Shown in pieces: positions 41,283 to 51,419 of a DNA stretch of 64,000 nucleotides. The notes beneath the pieces are model-generated. The model searched no databases, was not told the DNA's origin, and saw nothing but the letters and a program-made list of their open reading frames with translations. Each line of letters begins with the position of its first letter. Positions within the stretch are counted from its first letter, which is position 1. Location of the stretch: the NCBI GenBank assembly GCA_963727445.1, contig CAVSGI010000014.1, positions 224,001-288,000 of the forward strand, written 5' to 3'. Source of the DNA: an uncultured delta proteobacterium (GTDB lineage: Bacteria; Myxococcota_A; Polyangia; Polyangiales; B10-G4). Position numbers and translations under genes: made by a program.

Positions 41283-43091
41283 TTGAGCGGTGAGCCCGCA
41301 GCCAAAGAGGGTGCCGACCCCAAAGCCCGCGTACTCGTCGTCGACGACAACGAGGACAACCGGGACATGCTCTCCAGGCGTCTTCGCCGCAAAGGCTACG
41401 AATGTCCGACTGCCCCCGATGGCCAGAGCGCGCTTTCGCGGATCGCAGAAGGCGACATCGACCTCGTCCTGCTCGACGTGATGATGCCCGGGATGAGCGG
41501 GGTGGAGTGCCTGAAGAAGATCCGCGAGGATCACGCCAAGACGCGCCTGCCGGTCATCATGGCGACGGCCAAGACCGACAGTAAGAGCGTGGTCGAGGCC
41601 CTCGCCGGAGGCGCCAACGACTACGTCACCAAGCCCATCGACTTCCCGGTGCTCCTCGCTCGCCTCGAAAGTCAGCTGAGCATTCGCGAGGAGACCGCGG
41701 AGGCCGCCCGCCCTTCGATCGACGTCTCGGGGGGCATCGACACCGGGACCGTCATCGACGACCGATACGAGATCCTGGGGATGGTCGGGCACGGCGGCTT
41801 TGCTGCCGTGTACCGGGCGAAGCAGCTCAGCACGGGACAGACGGTCGCGTTCAAGTGCCTCTCGGCCGAACGGGTCGTCCGCGACCCCTCCACCGTGGAG
41901 GTGCGGCGCTTCGTGCAGGAGATGAACGCGATCGGGAAGATCGATCACCCCAACGTCGTCCGGCTGATCGATTCGGGACGCATCCGTTGCGCACCTGGAA
42001 GCGTCGTGACCGCAGGGGGCGGTTGGTCCGAGTTCGTGGGAGGTAATCCCGACCAGGTCGGCCCTACCGTCGCGAAGACCCCGACCGCCGACCGCCGCAA
42101 GCTCCTCGAGATGGAGGACACCAACGAGCCGGTGAGCGGTCCGCGTCAATCCTCCGTGGAAGTGCTGCCGCCGCGGGAGATCGAGCTTCCCTTCATCGTG
42201 ATGGAGTACCTCGAGGGCAAGACCCTGGCCGGGGTGATCTCCAAGCGGGAATCACTGTCCTGCGAAGAAGCGGTGGATCTGATGCTGCCCATCCTCAGCG
42301 CGCTCTCGGCTGCTCACGACGAGGGGATCGTCCACCGCGACGTCAAGCCGGCGAACATCTTCCTGGTCGAGAACAAGAAGGGGGACATCGTTCCCAAGGT
42401 CCTGGACTTCGGGATCGCGAAGCTGGTGGAGCGCACCGAAGAGCTCACCGTGGACGACTCCTTCATCGGCACGCCGGAGTACATGTCCCCCGAGCAGGGC
42501 CGCGGCGAGCGTGACCTCGATCCCCGCGCCGATCAGTTCTCCGTGGCGGCGATCCTCTACCACTGCATCACCGGCCGGAAGCTCTACACCGCGACCTCGC
42601 TGATCGGCCTGGTCCGAAAGGTGAGCGAAGGCGACTACCGCCCGCCCAGCGACCTCGTCGACGACCCTCTGCCCGAAGGTTTCGAAGACGTGCTCCTGCG
42701 CGCCCTCGACGTGGATCGCACCCGCCGCTTCTCCTCGGTCGTGAGCTTCGGCAAGGCGCTCCTCCCCTTCGCGAGCGAACGGGCGCGTCGCGAGTGGCAG
42801 GACCGTTTCGACACGCCGACCGACCCGCCGCCTCCGGAGCGGCCCCGCCTGATCACCACGCCCGAGACGCCGCGCCCGCGCGTCGATGCGACCGCGCCGA
42901 CGCAAGCGCCCCCGCGCATGAGCAACGCCAGCGCCGCCGTCGCGTTCGACCCCGACACCACCGCGCGGGGGAAGACCCCCTCCAGGGAGCGGACGTCGGT
43001 CGCGCCGGAGCAACCGCCGATGTGGATGTGGGTGGCGCTCCTGGTGGTGCTCGCCGCCCTCGGCTGGGCGGCCTTCAACCTCGGCCTCTAA
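41283..43091 (+). CDS. Receiver domain-Ser/Thr kinase fusion with C-terminal TM helix
   Basis: VLVVDD, LLDVMMP, YVTKP; GHGGFA, AFK, HRDVKPAN, DFG, YMSPE. GGAGGAG SD before TTG. Confidence 0.92.
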   Translation: MSGEPAAKEGADPKARVLVVDDNEDNRDMLSRRLRRKGYECPTAPDGQSALSRIAEGDIDLVLLDVMMPGMSGVECLKKIREDHAKTRLPVIMATAKTDSKSVVEALAGGANDYVTKPIDFPVLLARLESQLSIREETAEAARPSIDVSGGIDTGTVIDDRYEILGMVGHGGFAAVYRAKQLSTGQTVAFKCLSAERVVRDPSTVEVRRFVQEMNAIGKIDHPNVVRLIDSGRIRCAPGSVVTAGGGWSEFVGGNPDQVGPTVAKTPTADRRKLLEMEDTNEPVSGPRQSSVEVLPPREIELPFIVMEYLEGKTLAGVISKRESLSCEEAVDLMLPILSALSAAHDEGIVHRDVKPANIFLVENKKGDIVPKVLDFGIAKLVERTEELTVDDSFIGTPEYMSPEQGRGERDLDPRADQFSVAAILYHCITGRKLYTATSLIGLVRKVSEGDYRPPSDLVDDPLPEGFEDVLLRALDVDRTRRFSSVVSFGKALLPFASERARREWQDRFDTPTDPPPPERPRLITTPETPRPRVDATAPTQAPPRMSNASAAVAFDPDTTARGKTPSRERTSVAPEQPPMWMWVALLVVLAALGWAAFNLGL

Positions 43092-43106
43092 ATTTAGGGC
43101 GCGGCC

Positions 43107-43496
43107 TCAGTCTGCGTCCGAGCCGTGGCCAACGCCGTTCAGGAGCGCTTCCATCTTGCCGAGGAGTCGCTTGAAGTCGACCGGCTTGGTGTCGTAGTCG
43201 TCGCACCCCGCCGCGAGCGCCTTCTGCCGATCGCCGCTCATGGCGTGGGCGGTGAGGGCGATCACCGGGATGTGAGAGGTGGCGGCGTCCGCCTTGAGTT
43301 GGCGCGTGGCTTCCCAGCCGTCGACCTGGGGCAGGCTCATGTCCATGAGCACGAGGTCCGGCTTGTGCTCGCGCGCCATGTCGACCCCTTCGGCGCCGTT
43401 GACCGCGACGAGCACCTCGTAGCTCTTGCGCGAGAGTCTCCGCTTCAACATGTCGCGGTTCAGATCGTTGTCTTCGACGAGCAGGATGCGGGCCAC
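43107..43496 (-). CDS. Single-domain response regulator (DivK-like)
   Basis: ILLVEDN, LMDMSLP..DGWEATR, IALTAHAM, YDTKP. Confidence 0.92.
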   Translation of the reverse strand: MARILLVEDNDLNRDMLKRRLSRKSYEVLVAVNGAEGVDMAREHKPDLVLMDMSLPQVDGWEATRQLKADAATSHIPVIALTAHAMSGDRQKALAAGCDDYDTKPVDFKRLLGKMEALLNGVGHGSDAD

Positions 43497-43555
43497 GAGT
43501 CTCGGTCCAGGACTATACCACCGGTGGAGCCGCTCCGACGCGCTAAGCTCCGCCG

Positions 43556-44248
43556 ATGACCCGATCCCGCCGGGTGGAGCTCGAGGAGGCAGCGATCCTC
43601 TACGAGGACGCGTGGGTCCTCGCCGTGAACAAGCCCGCAGGCCTGCCCACCCACGCGACGCGGGACCCGGCGCGCGATCACCTGCTCGCGAGCGCGGCTC
43701 GCCTCCTGACCCGCCGCGGCGAGACCGCCCCCGAGCTCTTCGCCATTCACCGCCTCGACGTCGGCACCTCGGGCGTGGTCCTGCTTTCGCGCCGCCCCGA
43801 AGCCAACGCGCCGCTCTCCCGCGCGTTCGCCGAGCGAGAGGTCGAAAAGCGCTACGAGGCCGTGGTCTGGGCCGGCGATCGCGTGATCCCCGAGCACTTC
43901 GAGGTCAAGCTCTACCTCCGCGCCCGGGGCCGGCGCTCGGAGGTGGTGCGCTCGGGGGGCAAGCCGTCTCACACCGCTTTCGAGCGGCTCGCCCTCGCTG
44001 GTGATCGCGCCTTCGTCGCCTGTCGCCCCACCACGGGGCGGATGCATCAGATCCGCGTCCACCTCGCCCACTTCGGCGCCCCCATCCTCGGCGACCACCT
44101 CTACGGCCACCGCCGCGCCCACGCCGACCGGCTCATGCTCCACGCCCGGAGCCTCGCCCTGCCCCACCCCAGCGGACAGGGAAGGCTCGCGATCGACGCG
44201 CCCACGCCCGAGGCCTTCGGCGCGCTGATCGGGCGCGACCGGCCCTAG
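43556..44248 (+). CDS. RluA-family pseudouridine synthase
   Basis: VNKPAGL, HRLDVGTSG, TGRMHQIRVH, ILGDHLYG, LHA. Confidence 0.93.
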   Translation: MTRSRRVELEEAAILYEDAWVLAVNKPAGLPTHATRDPARDHLLASAARLLTRRGETAPELFAIHRLDVGTSGVVLLSRRPEANAPLSRAFAEREVEKRYEAVVWAGDRVIPEHFEVKLYLRARGRRSEVVRSGGKPSHTAFERLALAGDRAFVACRPTTGRMHQIRVHLAHFGAPILGDHLYGHRRAHADRLMLHARSLALPHPSGQGRLAIDAPTPEAFGALIGRDRP

Positions 44249-44466
44249 GCGGCGGCGACGCCGGCTCGCAGGCAGCAGATCCGGTGGATCTCCCGCCGCA
44301 GCAGCCCGAAGCCGTCATGGTGGCAGCGATCGTAGACGTCGCTCGCGAGCAGCAGCGGAATGTCGTCCGCCGCCATGCAAGCGATCCGGCGTGCTTGCGA
44401 ATCCGAGAGGTCACGAACGGCGGACTTGGCGACATGGCGAATGTAGCGCTCGGCATCGGGCTTCAT
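44245..44466 (-). CDS. Small hypothetical protein
   Basis: ORF MKPDAERYIRH... fills the gap between convergent genes; no motif. Confidence 0.4.
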   Translation of the reverse strand: MKPDAERYIRHVAKSAVRDLSDSQARRIACMAADDIPLLLASDVYDRCHHDGFGLLRREIHRICCLRAGVAAA

Positions 44467-44554
44467 GCGCTGAACAATAGGCAACCGGCATACCGGGAAT
44501 AATGCGTGTGATTCCCGTTCGGAGCGCGCGCGCGCCCGCCCGGTTGCGCAGCTC

Positions 44555-45058
44555 TTGCCCGACCTTTCGGCCCAGGAGCGGGTGGCGACAGTCGTCCCGA
44601 GTCAGCGAGGCGGAGCTTCGAAAGTGGAACATGGAGCGCTCACAGTCCCCAGCCATGGGAGGTGGCCCGCCGAAAACGAAACGACAATTCGTCAGGCACA
44701 CAGATTGCGAATGTTCAGGTGGATGACTGAAGAAGCGGTGGACTGCGAGATCGTGCGCAGCAAGGGATTCGTTCTGTTGGCCTCCAAGGCGCAGCTCCGA
44801 TCCGATGGCGTGGTGCTCTTCACGGAGCAGGAGATCGCCGCAGGCGAGGAGGTCATCGTCTCGGCCTGTCTCACCGACGGAGGCACCTGGGTCGACGCGG
44901 TGGGACGCGTCGTCCACGTCTCGGAGGAGGACGGACGACGCCGCGTGGCGATCGTCTTCGTGCTCATCGACGAGGGCGATCGTCAGCTGGTGGCGGACGA
45001 CGATCTGGAGCGTCTTCTGTCGGAGCCGCCGCCTCCGCCTCCTCTGGTTCTTCATTGA
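44555..45058 (+). CDS. PilZ-like domain protein (start uncertain, possibly 44625 or later)
   Basis: RQAHR, ..SDGVVLF....I..GEEV.V, VDAVGRVVH, VAIVF..I...DR. Confidence 0.6.
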   Translation: MPDLSAQERVATVVPSQRGGASKVEHGALTVPSHGRWPAENETTIRQAHRLRMFRWMTEEAVDCEIVRSKGFVLLASKAQLRSDGVVLFTEQEIAAGEEVIVSACLTDGGTWVDAVGRVVHVSEEDGRRRVAIVFVLIDEGDRQLVADDDLERLLSEPPPPPPLVLH

Positions 45059-46478
45059 GCGCGCGCCGCGCCCGCGCCGCGAAGCTGGCCATGGCCGGCA
45101 GCGCTGCGGTCGCGAACGCCGCCCAGCTCGGCTGCCCCGCCTCGCGATCGCGGAGCGCGGCGATCGCCCGCACCGCCTCGCCGCCAGCGCCCGCGCGATC
45201 GAGCCCGGCGAGCGCCGCCAGACGGACGCGCACCTCGGGGTGCGCCACCAGCGCGCGCAGGGAGGAGAGCGCGCGCGGATCGCCATGGCCGAGGCGCCCG
45301 AGGGCATAGGCCACCTTCTCGAGCACGTCCACGTGCTCCGAGCCGGCCTCCGCGAGCCAGCACTCGACGTCGCGCGCGCAGCGACGCGAGAGCTCGAGCA
45401 CCGCCATCCGGCTCTCCACCACGCTCCGATCGGAGAGCTCGATCGCCTCGAGGGGCCGCGCCTCGGGGCCGAGGGCGATGGACACCGCTGCATCGAACGC
45501 GAGCACACGCAGGAGCTCCGACGCCCGGCGATCGCGCGCCACACGCTCGAGGAAAGGCAGCGAGCGGGGATCGATGCGCGCGCGCATGGTCGAGAGCAGC
45601 TCCGCCTTCGACTCGAGCGGCGCCGAGGCGTAGCGCGACTCGAGCAGCCCGCGGACCTGCGAGGCTTCGGGCTCGGCGAGGTCGAGATCGGCGAGGGCGA
45701 CCACCGCGGCAATGGAGAGCGCGGGATCACGCCGCCGCGCGACCGCGACCAGACCATCGAAGGCCGATGGGTCGCCCAGGATGCCGAGCGCCGACGACGC
45801 TTCCTCGACGAGGAGCTGATCCGCCCGCAGTTGGCTGTCCGGGCTCTCCTGTCGCAGGGCCACCACGTAAGCGGCGGCCAGCGCCTGTGCCTCTTCGTCC
45901 TGACCCCTGAGCACCCGCAGCAGCGGCTCGACCGCCGGACGGCCGATCGCGGCCAGCGTGCGTGCCGCTACGTCGTCCATGCGCTCGGTCGGATCGGCGC
46001 CGAAGAGGAAGAGGCCTCGGATCGCGGTCGGGATGACGGTGGGATCGTGAAAGGTGCCGAGGCCCTCCATCGCGTCACGGCGCAACTGGAAGGTTGGCTC
46101 GGGGGAGAGGACCACTTCCTCGAGCCACGCGATGGTGCGGGGATCGTGGAGCTGCACCAGATAGTCGAGGAGACGCCCGCGAAATCGGACGTCGTCGACG
46201 GTGCCCCAGACCCGGAGGACGTCGCCGAGGCTCCGGTCCGCGAGGGCACGGATCGATGAAAGGCGCGCCTGTTCGTCGGTGATGCTCGTCGCGCGCGCCA
46301 GCTCCTCTTCGAGGTCGTCGAGCGCTTCGTCCCGGGTGGCGGGATCGTCGAGAGACGGCGGAGCCGGCGCGGGTGCCGGGGCCGGCGCTGGCGGCCGGGC
46401 GATTGGCGCGGGCGCACGCGCAGGGCCGCCGCCACAGGCAAAGGTCAGCAGAAGCACCGTCGCCGCGAGCCGCGTCAT
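44964..46478 (-). CDS. HEAT-repeat lipoprotein; the extreme 3' end overlaps the PilZ gene and is uncertain
   Basis: Lipobox FAC, Pro-Ala linker, repeated ALG.LGDP.A...L HEAT-PBS motifs. Confidence 0.8.
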   Translation of the reverse strand: MTRLAATVLLLTFACGGGPARAPAPIARPPAPAPAPAPAPPSLDDPATRDEALDDLEEELARATSITDEQARLSSIRALADRSLGDVLRVWGTVDDVRFRGRLLDYLVQLHDPRTIAWLEEVVLSPEPTFQLRRDAMEGLGTFHDPTVIPTAIRGLFLFGADPTERMDDVAARTLAAIGRPAVEPLLRVLRGQDEEAQALAAAYVVALRQESPDSQLRADQLLVEEASSALGILGDPSAFDGLVAVARRRDPALSIAAVVALADLDLAEPEASQVRGLLESRYASAPLESKAELLSTMRARIDPRSLPFLERVARDRRASELLRVLAFDAAVSIALGPEARPLEAIELSDRSVVESRMAVLELSRRCARDVECWLAEAGSEHVDVLEKVAYALGRLGHGDPRALSSLRALVAHPEVRVRLAALAGLDRAGAGGEAVRAIAALRDREAGQPSWAAFATAALPAMASFAARARRALNEEPEEAEAAAPTEDAPDRRPPPADDRPRR

Positions 46479-46498
46479 GGCGCGGACGCTATCAGGAA

Positions 46499-46693
46499 AT
46501 CTGCCGGCCCGGTCTTCGTCGACGGCATCCCATGGCTGCCAACCGAGGCGATCAGTCGACGAAGACCGGACCGGAAGGGCAGATCGATCCCGCCCTCCGA
46601 ATCCAAGCTAAAGGTTCGGCGATCCGGCTACGGGTCGACTGACGTCGCCCCTTCGCCTTCTCGTCGATGGCCAGGAGGAGTTTCGCCTCGGTT
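46499..46693 (-). ncRNA. Candidate structured RNA / cis-regulatory leader
   Basis: Nested stems 46541-51/46683-93, 46552-60/46634-42, 46566-73/46620-27 with two inner hairpins; competing 15-bp hairpin 46509-23/46555-69. Confidence 0.45.
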
Positions 46694-46927
46694 CACTTCG
46701 CGGAGTCCCTCACCCCCGCACCCGCGTGAATGCCCGAGCGCGCGCGGCGTTGCAAGCGTGGATCGACGGCCGCGATCAGAAAAAAGAAACGCGATCCCGA
46801 ACGCGGACACATCACCCGTGATCCGCCGGATCCGAATGTCGTTTCATTTCGATCGCATGCAGCTCGAAGTGGATGAACGTATCCGCCGCGATCCTCTCGG
46901 CGCGCTGACGGATCGCGACGGATCGTT

Positions 46928-48095
46928 TCACCCTTTGACGCACATCACCTGCTTGAGCTCGGCGACGACCTCGACCAGATCCTGCTGGTACGCCATGACC
47001 TGATCGATGTCCTTGTAGGCCCCGGGGATCTCGTCGATGACGGCGTGATCCTTTCGGCACTCGACGCCGTCGGTCTGCTTTCTGAGGTCCTCCACCGAGA
47101 ACTTCCGCTTGGCAGCACCCCGGCTCATGCGACGCCCTGCGCCGTGGGACGCCGAATGAAAAGATTCGGCGTTACCCTTGCCGCGGACGATGTAGGAGCG
47201 GGTGCCCATGGACCCCGGGATGATGCCGAGCTCGCCCCTCGCGCGCGCTGATCGCGCCCTTCCGCGTCACTAACAAATCCTCGCCGAAGTGCGTCTCCTC
47301 GGAGACGTAGTTGTGATGACAGGTGATCGGCTCGTCGAAACGAACGGACTTGAAAGTCTTCTTCATCACTTCCTGGTAGAGCGCGAGCATCACCTCCCGG
47401 TTGGCCTTGGCGTAGCGCTGCGCCCAGAAGAGGTCGCGCCGGTACGCCTCCATCTCCGGAGTCCCGGCGAGGAAGACCGCGAGGTCGCGATCGGGCAGCT
47501 TCTGATTGTGCAGGAGCTTCTTCGCGCGGCCGATGTGGATCTCGGCGAGGGTCTTGCCAATGTTGCGCGAGCCGGAATGGAGCATGAGCCAGACCCGCTG
47601 CTCGGAATCCAGGCAGAGCTCGATGAAGTGATTGCCGCCGCCGAGGGTGCCCATCTGCTTGCGCGCCCGCCCGAGGCGGTCCTGCACCTTCTCGGTCAGA
47701 CCGTGGAAGTCCTTCCAGAGCGGATGCTTCTCGGCCTGTTTGGGAATGCGGTCGTGGCTCGAGAAGCCCACCGGGATCGCCTTCTCGACCCGGCTCCTGA
47801 GGAGCGCCAGGCTGTCCGGGAGGTCCGAAGCCGTGAGGCTGGTGCGCACCGCGGCCATGCCGCAGCCGATGTCGACCCCGACCGCGGCCGGGCAGACCGC
47901 ATCCTTCATGGCGATGACCGACCCGACCGTCGCACCCTTGCCGAAGTGGACGTCCGGCATCACCGCCACGTGCTTGAAGACCCACGGCAGCGCCGCGATG
48001 TTGCGCAGCTGGTCGAGCGCCGAGCTCTCCACCTCCGTGACCTTCGTCCAGAGGTGAACGTCGACGCTTTTTCCCTCGAGCTTGTCGATCGCCAT
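46928..48095 (-). CDS. rtcB: RtcB-family RNA 3'-phosphate ligase (frameshift near 47235)
   Basis: MPDVHFGKGATVG, VGVDIGCGM, GTLGGGNHFIE, LHSGSR, HHNY, TRKGA, IPGSMGT, SHGAGR, DEIPGAYK. Confidence 0.93.
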
Positions 48096-48163
48096 GTCGC
48101 GACTCCGTGGTCCACAGGAATGGGTCGCGATCACCCGACGTCAACCGAGATAATCGACGAAGC

Positions 48164-49739
48164 ATGAGCGAAGCGCCGGAGCAGGACGATCGAGAGAGCC
48201 TGAGCGCGCTCCGGGACACGCCCCTCAGGCGCCTGGTCCGCGCGCTCGAGGGCGACCCACCCGCGACCTACGACATCACTCGCACAGCCATCGCCCGCGG
48301 CATCTCGCTCATCTACCTCTGCGCGTTCGTCGTCGCCCTGAACCAGGCGGTCCCTCTCATCGGCGAGGGCGGGATCCTCCCCGCGAGCTGGTACCTGGAC
48401 GATTCTGCGCTTCCATTTCGGCTCGAGCGTCGCCGGGTTCTTTCAGCGCCCTTCCCTCTTCTGGATCTCCGCCTCCGACACGATGCTCCGCGCCGTCTCC
48501 GCCCTCGGCGTTGGCCTCGCGCTTCTTTCGCTGATCGGCGCGAGCCACCCCCTGCTCTTCTTCGCGCTGTGGCTGCTGCAACTGTCCTTCGTCCACGTCG
48601 GCCAGGTCTTCTGGGGCTACGGTTGGGAGACGCTGCTCCTCGAGGCGGGCTTCCTCGCCATCTTCCTCTACCCACTCCGCGGCATCCGACCTCTGTCACG
48701 GGCGCGCGGCCCGGTCGCCATGATCTGGCTCTACCGCTGGCTCCTCTTCCGGGTGATGTTCGGCGCCGGGCTGATCAAGCTCCGCGGCGATCCGTGCTGG
48801 GCCGAGCTCACGTGCCTCGACTTCCACTTCGCGACGCAGCCGATCCCCAACCCGCTGACGCCCTTCTTCGTCGACCTGCCGCATTGGGCGCTCGCCGGCG
48901 GCGTCGTCTTCAACCACTTCGTCGAGCTGGTGGTGCCCTTCATGTACTTCGGGCCGCGGCGCGTCCGGACCTTCGCCGGCCTCGCGACCATCGCCTTTCA
49001 GGGCGTGCTGATCCTCAGCGGCAACCTCTCCTGGCTCAACTGGCTGACCATCTTCATCGCGCTGTCGTGCTTCGACGACCAGACGCTCGGGCGGCTGGTC
49101 CCGCGGCGCCTCGGCCTTCGCGACGCGAGCCGGCCCGAGCCATCGGTGCTGCACCGGCGCGTGGTGCGGGGCCTGGTGGTGCTGATCGTGCTGCTCTCCA
49201 TCGGCCCCACGGTGAATCTGTTGTCCTCGCGCCAGATGATGAACGCCTCCTTCGACCGGCTTCACCTGGTGAACACCTACGGCGCCTTCGGCAGCGTCAA
49301 TCGCATCCGTCACGAAGTGGTGATCGAAGGCACCTCGGGCGACGCCGACGCGCCCGACTCCGAATGGCACGCATGGGAGCTACCCTGCAAGCCCGGGGAC
49401 CCGAACGTCGTGCCCTGCATCGTGAGCCCCTACCACCGGCGTCTGGACTGGCAGCTCTGGTTCGCGGCCCTCAGCGACTATCAGCACGAGCCCTGGATCG
49501 TGCGCCTCGCCTGGCTCCTCGCTTCCGGCCGCAAGGAACCGCTGCCGCTCTTCGCCAACGATCCCTTCCCTGACGCGCCGCCGCGCTTCGTGCGCGTCCG
49601 CCTCTTCGAATACGAGCTCACCGGCGACTTCGGCCCGACTTGGTATCGCCGCGAGCCGGTCGCCGAATACCTGCGCCCCTTCTCCGCTGACGATCCCGAA
49701 GTGCTGAGCTACCTGGAGATGATGGGCCTCGTGCGCTGA
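48164..49739 (+). CDS. Lipase maturation factor (LMF) family membrane protein (frameshift near 48420-48440)
   Basis: LIGEGGILP, GQVFWGYGWETLLLEAGFL, FRVMFGAGLIKLRGD, TQPIPNP, GNLSWLNWLT, PYHRRLDWQLWFAA. Confidence 0.9.
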
Positions 49740-49751
49740 GACGACTCTCGA

Positions 49752-51419
49752 TCAGAGCGCGCTGATCGCGCGGCCGCCCGCCGACAGCACGATGGTCACC
49801 GCCTCGCGCAGCTCGGAGGTGTCGAAGGGCTTTTCGAGCCGATGCGGCGCGCGCCGCTCGAGAAAGAGACGGGTGTCCGCGGTGAAGGAGCCACCGCTCA
49901 TGAAGACGAAGCGATCGGCGAGCTCGGGGCGCTCCGCCACCGCGCGCTCGAAGAGCTCGATCCCCGTCAGGTCGGGCATGAGGATGTCGCAGAGGATGAC
50001 GTCGAAGTCCCGCGAGGCGATGTGCTTCCACGCCTCCTCGCCGCCGGCGGCGAGCGTCACCTCGTGCGGGCGAAGGACGCGGCGCACGGACTTGCGCACG
50101 TCTGCCTCGTCGTCCACCACCAGGATCCGCGCGACGCCTTCGGCGACCTCGTGACCTGGAGCGCTCGGCGGAGTGACCGTCACCAGCCTCGGTTTGGCCA
50201 CGCGGAGGTCCACCCGGAAGAGCGTGCCCTCGGCGGAGGACTCGACCGAGATCCGCCCGCCGGTCGCGAGGACGATGCTGCGACAGATCGAGAGCCCGAG
50301 ACCGGTACCCACCGTGCGCGACTTCGTCGTGTAGAAGGGCTCGAAGATCCGATCGCGGATGTCTTCCGGGATGCCAGGGCCCGAGTCCCGCACCTCCACC
50401 ACCACGAAGTCGGGCTCCTCCTCCGACCGCCGAGTGACGACCGAGATCTCGTTCTGCGCCACGCGACCGAGCGGCAGGGCCTGCGCTGCGTTGACGAGCA
50501 GATTCAGGAAGACCTGGCCGAGCTTCGCGCTGTCTCCCTGCACCATCGGAACGTCGCCGTAGCGCTTCACGAAGCGCGCGCGGCTGCGGATCTCGGCGCG
50601 CGCAATGGCGGCAGCCGAGTCGATGGCTTCGTGCAGGTCGGCCATCCCCGAGGTCTCGTCCTCGGTCCGCGAAAAGGTCCGAAGCTCCCGAGCGATCCGC
50701 CGCATCCGCCGCGCACCGCTGATCGCGTTGTCGATGGCGTCGCGGAGGTCGACGTCGATGTCGACCTCTCTCTCGAGGAGGGCCAGCTCGTCGGCCACGT
50801 GCTCCAGGTTTGCGAGCACCCAGGTGAGCGGATTGTTGATCTCGTGCGCGACGCCGGCGGCCATCGTGCCCACCGACGCCATGCGCGCGCTGATCTCGAG
50901 CTGCGCCGACATCTTCCGCGTCTGGGTGACGTCGCGGAGCATCGCCAACACCTGCCCGGGCTGCTCCGGCTGGAAACGCACCTCGTAGGTCCGCTCCTCG
51001 CCAGCGCGTGGCACCGCGAAGTGCCACATGCGTCCCACGCCGGTCTCGTTCACCGCCCACACGTGCTCGAGCGCTTCCTCCGCCAGCGCGGGGGGCAGGT
51101 AGGCCCCGAGGTGCTCTCCCACCAGATCCCCCAGCGCGGCGAGGTCGGGGGCACCCGACTGATGCGCGGCCAGGATCTTCCCGCGCGAGTCGATGATGAT
51201 CAGCTCGTCGGGGATACCGCCGAGGAGCGCACGCAGGCGCGCGTTCTGCTCGAGGAGCTCACGGCTGGTGAGCTCGAGGGATCGCTCCGAGAGCGCACGA
51301 TCACGATCGGCCTGGCGGTACGCTTCCTCGACCTTGTCGAGGAACTCCTTCATCTCCTCCGGCACGTCGTCGACCGAGCCGAAGCATCTGCGGAGCTGTC
51401 GCTCGAGCAGCCTGTGCAC
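49752..51419 (-). CDS. Hybrid sensor histidine kinase (PAS-HisKA-HATPase-REC)
   Basis: AHEINNPL, QVFLNLLVNA, DSGPGI, FEPFYTTK, GTGLGL, ILVVDDE, LCDILMP. Confidence 0.93.
   Translation of the reverse strand: MHRLLERQLRRCFGSVDDVPEEMKEFLDKVEEAYRQADRDRALSERSLELTSRELLEQNARLRALLGGIPDELIIIDSRGKILAAHQSGAPDLAALGDLVGEHLGAYLPPALAEEALEHVWAVNETGVGRMWHFAVPRAGEERTYEVRFQPEQPGQVLAMLRDVTQTRKMSAQLEISARMASVGTMAAGVAHEINNPLTWVLANLEHVADELALLEREVDIDVDLRDAIDNAISGARRMRRIARELRTFSRTEDETSGMADLHEAIDSAAAIARAEIRSRARFVKRYGDVPMVQGDSAKLGQVFLNLLVNAAQALPLGRVAQNEISVVTRRSEEEPDFVVVEVRDSGPGIPEDIRDRIFEPFYTTKSRTVGTGLGLSICRSIVLATGGRISVESSAEGTLFRVDLRVAKPRLVTVTPPSAPGHEVAEGVARILVVDDEADVRKSVRRVLRPHEVTLAAGGEEAWKHIASRDFDVILCDILMPDLTGIELFERAVAERPELADRFVFMSGGSFTADTRLFLERRAPHRLEKPFDTSELREAVTIVLSAGGRAISAL

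Noticed and set aside
46561..46590. SRP RNA-like GGACCGGAAGG motif
   Set aside because: It lacks the flanking CAGG and AGCAG internal-loop bases, and the pairing pattern does not fit SRP
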